Positions 46,647 through 48,001 of a stretch of DNA of 48,001 nucleotides are shown piece after piece (the stretch's first letter is position 1; every line of letters begins with the position of its first letter). The position numbers and the translations under genes are program-made. A model generated the notes under the pieces. It saw nothing but the letters and a program-made list of their open reading frames with translations, did no database searches and was not told the DNA's origin. Where the stretch lies: contig CAIOHN010000192.1 in the NCBI GenBank assembly GCA_903858105.1, forward strand, positions 1-48,001. Direction: 5' to 3'. The stretch comes from an uncultured Pseudomonadota bacterium. Its GTDB lineage: Bacteria > Pseudomonadota > Gammaproteobacteria > Methylococcales > Methylomonadaceae.

Positions 46647-48001
46647 TTACATTCTCATGCCGCGCATATTGCTTTTTAGGCCGCGCACCATGTTGGCAAT
46701 ATTGCCTTTGCTGAACTTCTTCATCATTTTTTCCATCATCTGGTGCTGCTTCAACACGCGGTTGACCGCCTGCAAATCCAAGCCGCAACCATCGGCAATC
46801 CGCTGCTTGCGACTACCTTTGATCAAATCCGGAAAACGTCTTTCTTGCTTGGTCATTGAGTTGATCACCGCAATTTGATGCGCCAAATCTTTGTCGTTGA
46901 CCTTTTCTTTAATTTCTTTGGGCACCCCACCCATGCCGGGCAGCTTGTCCATCATCGCCCCGAGCCCGCCCATATTCTGCATTTGCTCTAACTGCTCTTT
47001 CAGGTCGTTCAAATCAAAGCTTTTGCCTTTTTGCAGTTTTTTAGCCAGTTGCTCGGCTTTTTTCTTATCAACTTTTTGTTCAATATCTTCGATCAGCGAC
47101 AACATGTCGCCCATTCCCAAGATACGCGAGGCAAGCCGATCAGGATAAAACGGTTCCAAAGCGTCGGTTTTCTCGCCAACGCCGATAAATTTGATCGGCT
47201 TGCCGGTAATATGCCTGATAGACAACGCCGCACCGCCGCGCGCATCGCCATCGGCCTTGGTCAGAATGACACCGGTTAACGGCAAGGCATCATGAAACGC
47301 CTTGGCAGTATTCGCAGCATCCTGACCTGTCATGCTATCGACCACAAACAAGGTCTCGATTGGATTAATCGCCGCATGCAGGGCTTTAATCTCCGCCATC
47401 ATTTCATCATCGATATGTAAACGACCGGCGGTATCGACAATCACTACATCCAGAAATTGTCGCTTAGCGGCGTCTATTGCCCGTTTGACAATATCAACTG
47501 GATTTTCGCTGATGTCGCTTTCAAAAAACTTCAAGCCAACATCGTCAGCCAAAGTCTGTAATTGTTTTATAGCGGCGGGACGATAAACGTCAACACTCAC
47601 CACCCCAACTTTTTTCTTTTTCTTTTCTTTTAAATGGCGGCCTAATTTTGCCACCGTAGTGGTTTTACCGGCACCTTGCAGACCTGCCATCAGAATAATA
47701 GCTGGAGGATTGGTGCGCAGATTCAGCTCTTCATTCGCCGAACCCATCACTTTAATCAGTTCGGTTTGCACCACTTTTATCAGCGCCTGCCCAGGCGTCA
47801 AACTGGCTTGAACCTCTTGACCCAGCGCGCGTTGCGTAACCTGCTCGATAAAATCAGTAACCACCGGCAAGGCAACATCGGCCTCCAGCAACGCCATCCG
47901 CACTTCGCGCATAGTGTCCTGAATATTGCTCTCAGTCAGGCGGCCCTGACCTTTAATTTTTTTTAGCGTGCCACTCAGGCGATCGGATAAATTATCAAAC
48001 A
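46647..48001 (-). CDS. ffh: Signal recognition particle protein Ffh (start codon cut by the window edge)
   Basis: GLQGAGKTT, DTAGR, TKADGDARGG and a Met-rich M domain. The frame extends to (A)TG TTT GAT AAT at 48000-48002. Confidence 0.98.
   Translation of the reverse strand, partial: FDNLSDRLSGTLKKIKGQGRLTESNIQDTMREVRMALLEADVALPVVTDFIEQVTQRALGQEVQASLTPGQALIKVVQTELIKVMGSANEELNLRTNPPAIILMAGLQGAGKTTTVAKLGRHLKEKKKKKVGVVSVDVYRPAAIKQLQTLADDVGLKFFESDISENPVDIVKRAIDAAKRQFLDVVIVDTAGRLHIDDEMMAEIKALHAAINPIETLFVVDSMTGQDAANTAKAFHDALPLTGVILTKADGDARGGAALSIRHITGKPIKFIGVGEKTDALEPFYPDRLASRILGMGDMLSLIEDIEQKVDKKKAEQLAKKLQKGKSFDLNDLKEQLEQMQNMGGLGAMMDKLPGMGGVPKEIKEKVNDKDLAHQIAVINSMTKQERRFPDLIKGSRKQRIADGCGLDLQAVNRVLKQHQMMEKMMKKFSKGNIANMVRGLKSNMRGMRM

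Overview
Chromosomal window from a gammaproteobacterium, probably a Methylomonas-like methanotroph. This taxonomy is inferred from gene content only. Left to right it contains: (1) the 3' part of a caspase-family (peptidase C14) gene and a coiled-coil membrane protein; (2) a minus-strand Wzx/Wzy-type exopolysaccharide cluster (wcaJ-like, wza, wzc, wzy, wzx, methyltransferase, four glycosyltransferases) followed by a PEP-CTERM-associated acyltransferase; (3) a VPLPA-CTERM surface protein with a sigma54 promoter, divergent from an operon of a frameshifted di-heme cytochrome c peroxidase, a sensor kinase and a sigma54 response regulator; (4) a small cytochrome c; (5) a NifA/sigma54-controlled nifENX operon with a long tail of accessory genes and two copies of a covarying, highly structured ~260-340 nt repeat; (6) sqr, msrB, an M18 aminopeptidase and a YfiR - GGDEF/EAL - TonB receptor module; (7) housekeeping genes lpxA, xerD, ogt, rplS, trmD, rimM, rpsP and ffh. 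The most interesting signals are the structured repeats with GGA-loop hairpins, the peroxidase/kinase/sigma54/VPLPA-CTERM module with visible enhancer palindromes, and a promoter shared by the EPS operon and the acyltransferase. All family assignments come from motif recognition, not database searches.
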